DNA from: a virus | Direction: 5' to 3' (one strand) | IMG/VR virus record: IMGVR_UViG_3300044675_005482 | Location: 32,001 to 96,000 of that record | Length of the DNA: 64,000 nt | Shown here: piece by piece, positions 30,648-40,592 of the stretch | How positions within the stretch are numbered: position 1 is the stretch's first letter | Layout of the letters: each line of letters begins with the position of its first letter | Translations under genes and position numbers: made by a program | The notes under the pieces: generated by a model | What the model saw: only the letters and a program-made list of their open reading frames with translations | Told to the model about the DNA's origin: nothing | The model's database searches: none

Positions 30648-30984
30648 CAGTTTAGTTACAGACTATGGATTAGATGCACTCTCTGCAGTACTTCATGAGA
30701 CCGCTATTGAAAAAGGTTTCTGGGATGGAGATTACAGTAATGACAAAATTGGAAACAAGTTAGCACTTGTTCATTCTGAAGTTACTGAAGTGCTTGAAGC
30801 AATTAGAAAGTCTAAGGGCAGCGAACATATTGTAGAAGAAATTGCAGATATTTTAATTAGAACATTAGATGTATACGCAGCAATGAGAAATGAAAATGTA
30901 GTTGTAGATAGTCTAGATGAAATTCTAAATAAAAAGATTAATATAAATAAAGATAGGCCAAGGCTTCACGGAAACCTATTTTAA
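30640..30984 (+). CDS. MazG-like nucleotide pyrophosphohydrolase
   Basis: LALVHSEVTEVLEA...EEIADILIR. Confidence 0.8.
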   Translation: MDNSLVTDYGLDALSAVLHETAIEKGFWDGDYSNDKIGNKLALVHSEVTEVLEAIRKSKGSEHIVEEIADILIRTLDVYAAMRNENVVVDSLDEILNKKININKDRPRLHGNLF

Positions 30985-30985
30985 A

Positions 30986-30994
30986 TGGTATACT
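30986..30994 (+). promoter_or_regulatory. Extended -10 promoter for recA
   Basis: TGGTATACT upstream of 31015. Confidence 0.5.
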
Positions 30995-31014
30995 AGGAGA
31001 AAGAAAAGGTTAAT

Positions 31015-32019
31015 ATGAAAATAGATATCGATAGTGTACTATCAAAATTAGATCCAAAAACAAGACAAAGAGTTCAATCAGCACAAGATGTAAAAGTAGA
31101 AAAGCAATTAACGCCAAGCATTGGTTTAAACATGGCGCTCAGAGGAGGACTTGGTTACGGTAGACAAGTTCTTGTATGGGGAAATAAGTCTGCTGGAAAG
31201 TCTTCTTTTTGCTTACAAATGATAGCCCTTGCACAAAAAGAAGGAAAGACTTGTGCATGGATTGATGCTGAGGCATCTTATGATCAGTCTTGGGCAGAAG
31301 CTTTAGGAGTTGATTCTTCTAAACTAATTTATTCACCAGCAAAAACTGTTAATGACATGGTAGATGTTGCTACAAAACTTATGGATGCAGGCGTAGACAT
31401 GATCGTTGTAGACTCAATATCTGCTTTGCTACCAGCCATCTACTTTGAAAAAGATGGAAATGAAATGAAAGATTTGCAAGACACTAAGCAAATCGGCGCT
31501 GAAGCAAAGGATATGACTCACGCAGTCAAAATGTTAAACTATGCAAACAAAAACACATTACTTGTTCTCATCTCACAACAACGAAATCAATTTGGATCTA
31601 TGCATGCTTCGCACATCCCCACAGGTGGCATGGCAGTCAAGTTCTTTTCTTCCACTGTCATTAAGCTCTGGTCGTCTGAGGCTGAAGCGAATGCTATTAA
31701 GGCTGGGATTAAAGTTGGCGACAAGATCATTGAGCAAAGAGTCGGAAGGCCAGTTAATTGGATTATTGATTACAACAAACTCGGCCCCCCAAATCTATCA
31801 GGACAATACGACTTTTACTACCAAGGGGAATCTCTTGGTGTAGATTATGTTGGAGAAACTTTAGATGTTGCTGAAATGGTTGGAGCAATTGAAAAGGGCG
31901 GAGCTTGGTATACTGTCAATGGAGAAAGACTTCAAGGACGTGCAAAAGCTGTTCAATATCTTCGTGATAATCCTGAAGTAGTTTTAAAACTACAGGAGGA
32001 TATCAATGCCAAATCTTGA
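31015..32019 (+). CDS. recA: RecA-like recombinase
   Basis: Walker A GNKSAGKS, WIDAE, VVDSISAL, TGGMAVKFFSS, KGGAWY. Confidence 0.92.
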   Translation: MKIDIDSVLSKLDPKTRQRVQSAQDVKVEKQLTPSIGLNMALRGGLGYGRQVLVWGNKSAGKSSFCLQMIALAQKEGKTCAWIDAEASYDQSWAEALGVDSSKLIYSPAKTVNDMVDVATKLMDAGVDMIVVDSISALLPAIYFEKDGNEMKDLQDTKQIGAEAKDMTHAVKMLNYANKNTLLVLISQQRNQFGSMHASHIPTGGMAVKFFSSTVIKLWSSEAEANAIKAGIKVGDKIIEQRVGRPVNWIIDYNKLGPPNLSGQYDFYYQGESLGVDYVGETLDVAEMVGAIEKGGAWYTVNGERLQGRAKAVQYLRDNPEVVLKLQEDINAKS

Positions 32020-32194
32020 CGAATTTTTAAAACCACAGATCGAGCATAAGGAATATAATTTAGAAAAGCTTCCTGGGCTAAGAGCTTGCAACACATGTGA
32101 CGAAGATGTTAATGGTGCGCTGTGGGATCCGATAGAGTTGGTAATGTCTTGGAGATGTTCCAAAGGTCATGAAACAGTATTTAAGGTGCAGTAG
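32006..32194 (+). CDS. Small zinc-binding protein
   Basis: CNTC...CSKGH. Confidence 0.55.
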   Translation: MPNLDEFLKPQIEHKEYNLEKLPGLRACNTCDEDVNGALWDPIELVMSWRCSKGHETVFKVQ

Positions 32195-32499
32195 TGTCAG
32201 AAAGATCAGAAGTAAAAAGAGATGGTGCCAAAGCACAGAAGAATTCTGGACGTGGTGATTATCAAAAGGGCGATGCTAAATGGAAGATGTTTCTTGTAGA
32301 CTACAAGGAAGCTTCAAAATCTTTTACTTTAAACAAGCCAGTATGGTCAAAGATTTGTACTGATACATTTAAAGTAAGTAGAGATATGCATCCAGCATTA
32401 AAGATTATTATAGGTGAGGATTCCAAAGTTCGACTTGGAATTATTGAATGGACTGTATTAGAAGAGCTAATGCAATTCTGGGAGGACAATCATGATTAA
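32194..32499 (+). CDS. PD-(D/E)xK nuclease, putative Holliday junction resolvase
   Basis: NSGRG...KGDA...VDYKE. Confidence 0.6.
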   Translation: MSERSEVKRDGAKAQKNSGRGDYQKGDAKWKMFLVDYKEASKSFTLNKPVWSKICTDTFKVSRDMHPALKIIIGEDSKVRLGIIEWTVLEELMQFWEDNHD

Positions 32500-32650
32500 A
32501 GAAATATTTTTAACAACATTAACTGGAGCAGGAGTGGGTGCAATATTTGCATTGTTTAAGCTTCCAGTTCCAGCCCCACCAGTATTTGCAGGAGTTATGG
32601 GTATTGTTGGTTTGTGGATTGGCTACGGATTAATTGCGAGAGCATTATAA
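32492..32650 (+). CDS. XapX/DUF1427-like small membrane protein (not in ORF track)
   Basis: MIKEIFLTTLTGAGVGAIFALFKLPVPAPPVFAGVMGIVGLWIGYGLIARAL*; GGAGG RBS. Confidence 0.75.
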   Translation: MIKEIFLTTLTGAGVGAIFALFKLPVPAPPVFAGVMGIVGLWIGYGLIARAL

Positions 32651-32754
32651 TGACTATGTTTTTATTAGGATTGATGTTGGGTTTTAGCGTCGGATACCCA
32701 ATGGGATTGTTTATAGACAAATTAGATAAAAGGGTGAAGAATGGCAGAAGATAA
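32650..32754 (+). CDS. 34-aa single-TM microprotein (not in ORF track)
   Basis: MTMFLLGLMLGFSVGYPMGLFIDKLDKRVKNGRR*; TAATG-coupled. Confidence 0.5.
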   Translation: MTMFLLGLMLGFSVGYPMGLFIDKLDKRVKNGRR

Positions 32755-33079
32755 AAATACACTAGAACTTATTAGTGACATAACTGAGTTTAACGACCTT
32801 CATGAGTTTATGAAGGACGAACATCTAGACAAAGCTTTGGCAGTTGTTGTAAAGCTTTTGATGAATCCAGATGTTCCATCTGCAAAGTCTCCTATGCTAA
32901 TTATGGAGCTTCAGGCAATGTCTACTAAATTTGCTGTGCTTGCGTCTTACTATTCAACTATTGCAAAAGATAAAGCTGGCACAGAAAATAATAACAAAAA
33001 GAATATTTATTACTCTTTAAAAGAAGCCATCGACAAACTTGTAGATGCCCTTAAATATGTCGTTAGGTACAATTCATAA
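32741..33079 (+). CDS. Hypothetical helical protein
   Basis: 112 aa coupled to the Cas4-like gene. Confidence 0.55.
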   Translation: MAEDKNTLELISDITEFNDLHEFMKDEHLDKALAVVVKLLMNPDVPSAKSPMLIMELQAMSTKFAVLASYYSTIAKDKAGTENNNKKNIYYSLKEAIDKLVDALKYVVRYNS

Positions 33080-33864
33080 TGGGAAGAGATATTGTAAAGA
33101 ACCTTAAGTTTAAAAAGCATGCTGGAAAACATTTTGACCCAGAACGCTTTGCCAATCTACTAGACGAGGCATATAGAAATACAAAACGTGCAGACGGTGA
33201 GATGACAAAGAAGTCATTTAGCCCAAGCTCGCTTGGCTATGGACATGGAACCTGCCCAAGATACTGGTACATGGCATTTAGCGGAGCAATGTTTATTGAT
33301 AATAACGATGCAGTTGCTGTTGCTAATATGGCACAGGGAACACAGGCTCACGAAAGGCTTCAGAATTTAATTAAGAGTATGCCAGAGTGGAGAGCGGAAG
33401 AAGAAGAGATCATTAATGAGTATCCTCCTATTCGTGGCTTCATTGACTTGATCATGGAGTATGATGGCGAAACTGTAATTGGTGAAATTAAAACGGCGAA
33501 GCAAGAAGTTTGGGATGCTAGACAGTCTGAGATGAAGTCTTCTGCTAACCACATGCTTCAACTCCTTACATACATGAAGCTAAAGAACGCTAAAGAGGGA
33601 TTCTTTTTGTATGAAAATAAAAATACTCAGGAGATTCTTGTCATTCCAGTCTCAATGAATGAAAAAAATAAAAAGATAATTGAAGATACATTTTTATGGA
33701 TGCAAGAAGTGTGGGATAATTTTCAAGACGGAGATCTTCCTATGCGTCCAGCAGGTGCAACAAAATCCAAAATGCCGTGCACCTATTGTCCAGTTAAGAA
33801 AGAATGTTATGCTGGACTTACTGGTACAGTTCAAATAGAAAAGTTTGAGATTCCAGTATTATGA
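33079..33864 (+). CDS. Cas4-like PD-(D/E)xK exonuclease
   Basis: CPRY, GTQAHE, GFIDL...EIKT, QLLTY, CTYCPVKKEC (four Fe-S cysteines). Confidence 0.85.
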   Translation: MGRDIVKNLKFKKHAGKHFDPERFANLLDEAYRNTKRADGEMTKKSFSPSSLGYGHGTCPRYWYMAFSGAMFIDNNDAVAVANMAQGTQAHERLQNLIKSMPEWRAEEEEIINEYPPIRGFIDLIMEYDGETVIGEIKTAKQEVWDARQSEMKSSANHMLQLLTYMKLKNAKEGFFLYENKNTQEILVIPVSMNEKNKKIIEDTFLWMQEVWDNFQDGDLPMRPAGATKSKMPCTYCPVKKECYAGLTGTVQIEKFEIPVL

Positions 33865-34142
33865 TATGCTCAAATAAAGAGTGTGGCAAAGAGTTCGAAA
33901 TAAGAACCCATAATCAAAAGTATTGCTCTGATGAGTGTTGCCGAATTGCAACAAATAAAAGAATTATGGAAAAGTATTATGAGAAAAAGGCAATAAGAAA
34001 CGGATCAATTGTAAGAACATGTAAAAAGTGTAAGACACGACTAAGCGTCTATCACAACCAGGATGTCTGCTCTGCTTGCGAAAAATCTTTAAGCCTAGAG
34101 GCTCGTGAGAAATTGTTGAGGATGATAGATGACATTAGCTGA
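33861..34142 (+). CDS. Cys-rich zinc-finger protein
   Basis: CSNKEC...YCSDEC...CKKC...CSAC. Confidence 0.6.
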   Translation: MICSNKECGKEFEIRTHNQKYCSDECCRIATNKRIMEKYYEKKAIRNGSIVRTCKKCKTRLSVYHNQDVCSACEKSLSLEAREKLLRMIDDIS

Positions 34143-34698
34143 TTTAGTAAAGGTTAAAGCAAACCGTGTCCTAGGTATTGATGCTTCTACCAATTCCGTA
34201 GCCTTTTGTTTAATGGAAAATGATAAACCTTTAAAATGGGGTAAGATAGAATTTAAAGGCAACGATATCTTTGAAAAAATTCACGATGCAAAAAATAAAA
34301 TGCATGTAATGCTAGATGAATTAAAGAGTGATTATATTGTAGTTGAGGGTGCAGTACTTGTCAGATCACCTGATGCTGTGATAAAATTGTCTTATGTCTA
34401 TGGAGTTGTTATTGCTGAGCTTATGTCTACTGGCGCTAAGGTTATTACAATTAGCCCTACCGCTTGGCAGGCGTACATTGGCAACAAAAATCCGACGAAA
34501 GATGAAAAGTCTGCAATAAGATTAGCCAATCCAGGATATGCAGATTCATGGTACAAAAATCAATTAAGAAATATGCGTAAGCAAAGAACCGTAGACTACT
34601 TTAATAAAAAGTATAATCTATCGCTAACAGATTTTGATGTTGCAGATTCATTCGGAATTGCACACTACTCTAATCAAATACTGACGGAGAGAAAATGA
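34129..34698 (+). CDS. RuvC-like resolvase
   Basis: VLGIDAS, VVEG, DVADSFGIA. Confidence 0.8.
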   Translation: MTLADLVKVKANRVLGIDASTNSVAFCLMENDKPLKWGKIEFKGNDIFEKIHDAKNKMHVMLDELKSDYIVVEGAVLVRSPDAVIKLSYVYGVVIAELMSTGAKVITISPTAWQAYIGNKNPTKDEKSAIRLANPGYADSWYKNQLRNMRKQRTVDYFNKKYNLSLTDFDVADSFGIAHYSNQILTERK

Positions 34699-35543
34699 TA
34701 CCTAAAACTATTTTTCAAACCTACTCCTGCGCCTACGAAGATCTTCCTTCATACATTAAGAATTGTACAGACACATGGAAAGAAAGAAACCCAGACTTTG
34801 ATTACGTTTATATGAGCGAAAAAGAATGTTATGAGTTTATTTTAAACAACTATAGTCAACGCCATGCAGATATTTATGCTGGGCTTAAACACAAGGCAAT
34901 GAAAGGCGATTGGTGGAGATACCTTATTGTGAATAAGCTTGGCGGAGTTTACATGGATATAGACACTGTATGTCGTAAGCCCTTATCTTCAGTTTTAGAT
35001 TTAAGTAATGACTTTATGACATCGTTAGATTTAGTACCAAGCGCCTTGTTTACACAGTGGGGATTTGCAGCTAAGTCTAATAGTCCAATACTTGAAAATC
35101 TAATTGATCATGTATTAGATAATTATGATGAGTTTCCAGATAACAGAAAGTTAATTGGAACAGATTTAACTGGGCCAACAGCTTTTCAAAAATCAATTAA
35201 AGATGTAATTGGAGATGATATTCAAATGCTAATTAATTTGTGTAGCCCTGATGCATCCAAGCATCTAGACTTTGCAGAAGAAAATTCACAATCAATTGAT
35301 CAAATTGTAGAAATTTTTAACAACTCAGAGCACGTTAAAAACAATAAATTTAAATTATATTTTTGGACATTTAATAATGCTGCTCGACACTTTACGTCGG
35401 CATGGAGATGGTCGGACCATACAATAGATGATAACATTATTAGTAGAATGATAAAGCATAAGTGTGATAATGTTAATTATGAGTATGCAGATATTAAAAT
35501 ACATTTAAAGAAGCCTTCCTACAGTTCGTTTGGATTTAATTAA
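34695..35543 (+). CDS. DXD glycosyltransferase (GT32/OCH1-like)
   Basis: MIPKTIFQT, DWWRY...GGVYMDID, TGP. Confidence 0.85.
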   Translation: MIPKTIFQTYSCAYEDLPSYIKNCTDTWKERNPDFDYVYMSEKECYEFILNNYSQRHADIYAGLKHKAMKGDWWRYLIVNKLGGVYMDIDTVCRKPLSSVLDLSNDFMTSLDLVPSALFTQWGFAAKSNSPILENLIDHVLDNYDEFPDNRKLIGTDLTGPTAFQKSIKDVIGDDIQMLINLCSPDASKHLDFAEENSQSIDQIVEIFNNSEHVKNNKFKLYFWTFNNAARHFTSAWRWSDHTIDDNIISRMIKHKCDNVNYEYADIKIHLKKPSYSSFGFN

Positions 35544-35544
35544 T

Positions 35545-35889
35545 ATGGCTATGGACTTAATTGGACTGGACCCTATAGGAATAGAGGGCAAACATTTTAG
35601 AAGAAATATTAGATCATGGCATCATATGTGGGATGCAATATCAGCATTATACCCAGATATTGCCACTAAAGTAGAGTACGCATATTCAAATGATGGCGAC
35701 GGTTTAAATAAAGAAGATTGTTTGGCACTGGCAGAGCTTCTTGCCTTAGAAATGGAAAATGAAAGACAAGACTTAAAGGTGTATGTAAAAGAAAATTTTT
35801 CTAAAAACAATGTAATGGCTCCAGACTTTACAGACTTTAATGATTTTTTAATCTTCTTAGAAGAGTGTGGAGGATTTGAAATATGGTAA
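35545..35889 (+). CDS. Hypothetical protein
   Basis: FRRNIRSWH...FLEECGGFEIW. Confidence 0.55.
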   Translation: MAMDLIGLDPIGIEGKHFRRNIRSWHHMWDAISALYPDIATKVEYAYSNDGDGLNKEDCLALAELLALEMENERQDLKVYVKENFSKNNVMAPDFTDFNDFLIFLEECGGFEIW

Positions 35890-36032
35890 AGTTTTATCAA
35901 AGCAAAGAATGGCTATATAGAAGGTACGTTGTTCAAAAGAAAACGGTAACAGAGATAGGTAAAGAGTGTGGAGTTTCTGCTATGACTATACAGAGATACT
36001 TAGAACAGTTTGGATTGATTAAAAAAAGATGA
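35883..36032 (+). CDS. 49-aa HTH DNA-binding protein (not in ORF track)
   Basis: MVKFYQSKEWLYRRYVVQKKTVTEIGKECGVSAMTIQRYLEQFGLIKKR*. Confidence 0.7.
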   Translation: MVKFYQSKEWLYRRYVVQKKTVTEIGKECGVSAMTIQRYLEQFGLIKKR

Positions 36033-36610
36033 CTAACCCAATAGCTTTTGACAATGTATATTTAAATGATGTATGGGGATACAAAAGTGGACCAGGCTCT
36101 GACCCAACATTTGCTAAGCCTTGGATTGATCAGGTTAATTATTTTCTGTCAAGAAAAGATGTTAAGACTGTAATTGATATTGGTTGTGGAGACTGGAGAA
36201 TAGGCAAATGCTTAAATCTAGAAGGCAAAGACTATACTGGTATAGATATTAGCTCAATAATTTTAAAAGAAACCTCTTTAAACGCCACAGAAAATATTAA
36301 ATTTATACACGGAGACTTTGAAACCTTAGAGACACACGATGCTGATCTAATAATAATTAAAGACGTACTACAACACTTGACAAACGCTTCTATATATAAT
36401 ATTATTAATAAAATTATGGGCAAAGCTAAGTATGCTTTAATTTGTGATGATTTAGATAGAGATAATAAAAGCAACAACAATGCAGATATTATGCCAGGAC
36501 ATCATAGATTTATAGATATATCTGCAGAGCCATTTAACTTTAACTTTATACAGTTAGGATATTTTAAAGGCAAGAACATTAGTCTATATATTAGAGATGA
36601 GGAGCGGTAA
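36029..36610 (+). CDS. Class I SAM-dependent methyltransferase
   Basis: SGPGS, VIDIGCGD, YTGIDIS, KDVLQHL. Confidence 0.85.
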   Translation: MTNPIAFDNVYLNDVWGYKSGPGSDPTFAKPWIDQVNYFLSRKDVKTVIDIGCGDWRIGKCLNLEGKDYTGIDISSIILKETSLNATENIKFIHGDFETLETHDADLIIIKDVLQHLTNASIYNIINKIMGKAKYALICDDLDRDNKSNNNADIMPGHHRFIDISAEPFNFNFIQLGYFKGKNISLYIRDEER

Positions 36611-36952
36611 ATGTTGAAGCCAGTATATGAGGACGTAAGCAGGTTTGATTGCTCAGACCTATATTTAAGATCAGTTGGTGCGCCTTCTGGTTCTAAAATA
36701 TGGTCAGCGTGTCACGAAATAGCCCACCTCCTAATTGAAAAGAATATATCATATGGAGACTCAGCTTTAAATCCTGCAAGAATATTTTCTTCGGCGGACC
36801 CAACAGAACAGCTAAAGGTTCGCATAGATGACAAGCTAAATAGAGTAATGAATAATCAAGGATATGCTGGGGATAATGATATCGATGATTTAATTGGATA
36901 CTTGGTTCTATATAAAATTGCTAAAAGTCAGGTTGCAATTTCAGTCGACTAG
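36611..36952 (+). CDS. DUF1599/nucleotide-modification-associated domain protein
   Basis: KNISYGDS...RIDDKLNR...DLIGYLVL. Confidence 0.65.
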   Translation: MLKPVYEDVSRFDCSDLYLRSVGAPSGSKIWSACHEIAHLLIEKNISYGDSALNPARIFSSADPTEQLKVRIDDKLNRVMNNQGYAGDNDIDDLIGYLVLYKIAKSQVAISVD

Positions 36953-36961
36953 AAGTATAAT
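36933..36961 (+). promoter_or_regulatory. SigA-type promoter TTGCAA-N17-TATAAT, leaderless
   Basis: ATG 36968 lies 6 nt after the -10. Confidence 0.65.
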
Positions 36962-36967
36962 ATATAC

Positions 36968-37504
36968 ATGACAGAATTAGAACCAGCGGTGCATTTTGAT
37001 CGCATGAACAAGGTAGTTGAAGAGTTATTAAAGGGCAATACTCATAGTCAGATTGCAGCATCTACTGGATTCAAAAGAGCAGAAGTAATAGAGCTAATTA
37101 ATGAATGGAAAGATGTCGTTCATAATGATGTTAGTTTAAGAGGTCGTGCAAAAGAAGCCATATCTGGAGCTGATCAGCACTATGCAATGCTCATTAAAGA
37201 GGCCTGGAAGACCGTAGAGGACGCAGATACACAGGGCCAACTAAGTGTTAAGGCTGGTGCTTTAAAGCTCATAGCGGACATTGAGACCAAGCGTATAGGC
37301 ATGCTACAGTCTGTCGGGGTGCTTGAAAATAATGAACTGGCATCTCAAATTGCAGAGACAGAAAGAAAGCAGGAAATCCTTGTTGGCATATTAAAAGAGG
37401 TAACTGCAGGATGTCCAAAATGTAAGATGGATGTTGCTAAAAGGCTTTCACAAATTACTGGAATAGTAGAGGCAGTTGTTGTAGAGGACTCCAATGCCGT
37501 TTGA
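36968..37504 (+). CDS. Putative terminase small subunit
   Basis: N-terminal HTH plus coiled coil, directly upstream of the large terminase. Confidence 0.6.
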   Translation: MTELEPAVHFDRMNKVVEELLKGNTHSQIAASTGFKRAEVIELINEWKDVVHNDVSLRGRAKEAISGADQHYAMLIKEAWKTVEDADTQGQLSVKAGALKLIADIETKRIGMLQSVGVLENNELASQIAETERKQEILVGILKEVTAGCPKCKMDVAKRLSQITGIVEAVVVEDSNAV

Positions 37505-39290
37505 TTTTGGCGACTTAATAGATTTACTTGATGGCGAAGAGTTTGAAGAAAAGCCAGTAGATCTTCGTGAGTTTGTTACAAGCCCAAATTATTTAGGGCT
37601 TCCTCCATTGTCAGATCTTCAATACACATTAATCGAAAAAAGCTCACAAATATATAAAGAGTCCACATTGATAAAATTGTTTGGAGAAGAAGAAGGAAAA
37701 AGAATTGCAAAACAAACTGCAACTGAAGTTATTGCACAGCTAGGCAAGGGAAGCGGAAAAGATTACTGCTCTACAATTGCAGTATCTTATATAGTATATT
37801 TACTATTGTGCCTAAAGGATCCAGCATCATATTATGGTAAGCCTCCAGGTGATGCAATTGATATCATTAATATTGCTATTAACTCACAGCAAGCAAACAA
37901 TGTATTCTTTAAGGGATTTAAAACTAGAATTGAAAAGTCGCCATGGTTTATAGGTAAATACGATCCAAAGGCTTCTGAAATGAAGTTTGATAAAGCTGTT
38001 ACAGTACACTCAGGTCACTCAGAAAGAGAAGCCTGGGAAGGATATAACGTTATTGTAGTTATTCTAGATGAGATATCAGGCTTTTCTATTGAAAATACAA
38101 CAGGACACGATCAGGCTAAAACTGCTGACGCTATATATGATATGTATCGTGCATCCGTAGACTCTCGTTTTCCAGACTTTGGGAAAGTAATTCTTCTTTC
38201 ATTTCCACGATTTAAAAATGACCCTATACAAAAATTTTATGAATCTGTCATTGGTGAAAAAGAAACTATAATTAGAACACATAAGTTTAAGATGGATGAA
38301 GATCTTCCAGACGGAACTGTTGGGAATGAGTTTGAGGTTGAGTGGGAAGAAGATCATATAAAGTCTTACCTTGTTCCAAAAGTGTATGCTTTAAAAAGAC
38401 CAACTTGGGAAGTAAACCCAACAAGAAGCATTGAAGATTTTAAGACAGCGTTCTACAAAAATAGTATGGACGCACTTGGTAGATTTGCCTGCATGCCTCC
38501 AGAAATGATTGATGCATTTTTTAAATCAAGAGAAAAAGTAGAAAAAGCGTTTAACAACACAGGCATAGCCGTAGATCAGTTTGGAAGACTTGAAGAATGG
38601 TTCAAGCCAGATCCAGACAAAAAATATTTTCTTCACGTTGACTTGGCTCAAAAGCATGACCATTGTGCAGTTGCAATGGCACATGTCGATAGATGGGTAA
38701 ACGTTAAAGTAACAAGCGATTATTCTCAGCCAGCTCCAATAGTACATGTAGATGCTGTAAGATATTGGACTCCTACTCCAGATAAGTCTGTAGATTTTAC
38801 TGAAGTAAAAGACTATATTCTTTCATTAAGAACAAGGGGATTTAATATAGGTGTTTGCACATTTGACCGATGGAACTCTCACGACATGATGCAGCAATTA
38901 AAGCAGTATGGAATTAACACGGAGATTTTATCTGTAGCAAAGAAGCATTATGATGATATGGCAATGGTGGTTCTAGAAGAAAGAATTAACGGACCACATA
39001 TACCGCTTCTTATTGATGAATTGCTTCAGCTTAAGATAATGAGAGATAAAGTAGATCACCCAAGAAAGGGATCCAAAGACTTGGCTGACGCAGTTTGTGG
39101 ATCAATATTTAATTCAATTAGCAGAACTAGACCAGATAATAATTCTGAAATAAATATTCATACTTATGAATCAATGAGTTATGATAATGACTTTAAGGTT
39201 GATGATAAAGAAACATCACTGAATATGATTAGGCCACCAAGAATGCCAGATAGGTTGTCGGAAGCGCTAGAGAGTATGGAGATAATATGA
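37494..39290 (+). CDS. terL: Terminase large subunit
   Basis: Walker A GKGSGKD, Walker B VILDE, nuclease HVDLA, FDRWNS, SKDLADA. Confidence 0.9.
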   Translation: MPFDFGDLIDLLDGEEFEEKPVDLREFVTSPNYLGLPPLSDLQYTLIEKSSQIYKESTLIKLFGEEEGKRIAKQTATEVIAQLGKGSGKDYCSTIAVSYIVYLLLCLKDPASYYGKPPGDAIDIINIAINSQQANNVFFKGFKTRIEKSPWFIGKYDPKASEMKFDKAVTVHSGHSEREAWEGYNVIVVILDEISGFSIENTTGHDQAKTADAIYDMYRASVDSRFPDFGKVILLSFPRFKNDPIQKFYESVIGEKETIIRTHKFKMDEDLPDGTVGNEFEVEWEEDHIKSYLVPKVYALKRPTWEVNPTRSIEDFKTAFYKNSMDALGRFACMPPEMIDAFFKSREKVEKAFNNTGIAVDQFGRLEEWFKPDPDKKYFLHVDLAQKHDHCAVAMAHVDRWVNVKVTSDYSQPAPIVHVDAVRYWTPTPDKSVDFTEVKDYILSLRTRGFNIGVCTFDRWNSHDMMQQLKQYGINTEILSVAKKHYDDMAMVVLEERINGPHIPLLIDELLQLKIMRDKVDHPRKGSKDLADAVCGSIFNSISRTRPDNNSEINIHTYESMSYDNDFKVDDKETSLNMIRPPRMPDRLSEALESMEII

Positions 39291-39526
39291 GCGAGTATCA
39301 GGAAAGAGCAAAGGAGTGTAAATGCTGTGGAAAGCATGTTCCTCTACCAACCGTGTTAAAAGATTTTAACGGTATTATTTTATGCCCAACAACCTTTGCT
39401 AACGTAATGGAATATAAAAGAATATGGAAGGCAATAGGAAGTAGGCCAAGCGGATCTATTAGAAAACATTTCTCTGAGTATGTTCAATCTCTAGTAGAAA
39501 ATGAAGCTATTAATGAAGTTCAATGA
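39287..39526 (+). CDS. Small Cys-containing hypothetical protein
   Basis: CKCC...LCPT. Confidence 0.5.
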   Translation: MSEYQERAKECKCCGKHVPLPTVLKDFNGIILCPTTFANVMEYKRIWKAIGSRPSGSIRKHFSEYVQSLVENEAINEVQ

Positions 39527-40592
39527 TGTTTTTAATACCAGGGTACTTAATTCAATACATCCAGATTCGGTAGAAAGATTTTTATTTAACTTAGATTCAA
39601 ATAGCGTTTTAAATAAAGAACGTGTACAAAAAATGTTTTATAATAATATAAGCAACGAAAATATAAAATATATACACACTCTAGGAAAATCTGGACACAA
39701 AAATGACAACATTACATATTCTTATAATAGCTTGGGCTTTAGAGGCAAAGAGTTTGAGCCAGAAGAAGATTTAGTTATTGCTGGGTGCTCTCAAACTTTT
39801 GGAATGGGGCTAGAAGAAAATTATATATGGGGGAATGTAGTAGCAAACAGTCTTGGATATAAGGCCTCAAATATTTCTATGCCAGGTGCATCAACTGAAT
39901 CAATTATAAATAACATATATGCTTACTTTAAAGAGTATGGTCACCCTAAAATGCTACTAGCTCTTTTCCCAGACATGTATAGATTTCAAATACCAACTAA
40001 TAGAAAATATATAACATCTTCCTCTATTAAAAATGAAGGACCAGAACCTTACGAACAACCATACATGACCTACCTTTACCTTGATAAACAAGAGCAAAGC
40101 AAGAAGCCTAAGTACCAAAAGATTCCTTTTGATTTAGAAGAAATTATAACACCAGAAATTGCTTTTTTTTATAACATGAAAAGCATTATTATTTTAAACC
40201 AATATTGTAATGCATTGGGTATCAAATTTTATTGGGCTAGCTGGAGGCCAGAACTAGATATTGCTATAACAAAGATTAAATCTGATTCTAAAGACTACGA
40301 AAACTATGTATCATTAGACATATTTAACTGGTACACAAAGCACTCATTTGAAGAAGACCCATTCGGGGTTGAAAAAAATTTAATAGAATCGGAATATTAT
40401 CATAAAGATTACGCCTTAGATTGCTATAATTGCTATAATGAACAAGAGTGTGACATGATCGTTAATTGCCATGAGGAATTATTTGAATCTAATAAAAATT
40501 TGTTTCATCACGGAAATGACCGTGCACATATAGGCTCGCATAAACATCAACACATAGCAGAAAAATTTATTGAAAGGATAAAGAATGAATAG
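39513..40592 (+). CDS. SGNH/GDSL-like hydrolase or acyltransferase (paralogue 1)
   Basis: NSLGFR, AGCSQTFG, NISMPGAS, C-terminal HIGSHKH. Confidence 0.6.
   Translation: MKFNDVFNTRVLNSIHPDSVERFLFNLDSNSVLNKERVQKMFYNNISNENIKYIHTLGKSGHKNDNITYSYNSLGFRGKEFEPEEDLVIAGCSQTFGMGLEENYIWGNVVANSLGYKASNISMPGASTESIINNIYAYFKEYGHPKMLLALFPDMYRFQIPTNRKYITSSSIKNEGPEPYEQPYMTYLYLDKQEQSKKPKYQKIPFDLEEIITPEIAFFYNMKSIIILNQYCNALGIKFYWASWRPELDIAITKIKSDSKDYENYVSLDIFNWYTKHSFEEDPFGVEKNLIESEYYHKDYALDCYNCYNEQECDMIVNCHEELFESNKNLFHHGNDRAHIGSHKHQHIAEKFIERIKNE

Noticed and set aside
33079-33864. Cas4-like gene as evidence of a CRISPR-Cas system
   Set aside because: No repeat-spacer array or other cas genes seen; solo Cas4-like nucleases are common in phage recombination modules
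23739-39290. Inteins or introns in DnaB, DnaE, RecA or terminase
   Set aside because: Proteins are of normal length, uninterrupted, and show no intein or homing-endonuclease motifs
40421-40439. Tandem TGCTATAAT TGCTATAAT matching the extended -10 consensus
   Set aside because: Lies inside a CDS (CYNCYN) with no -35 and no appropriately spaced start; cannot be distinguished from chance
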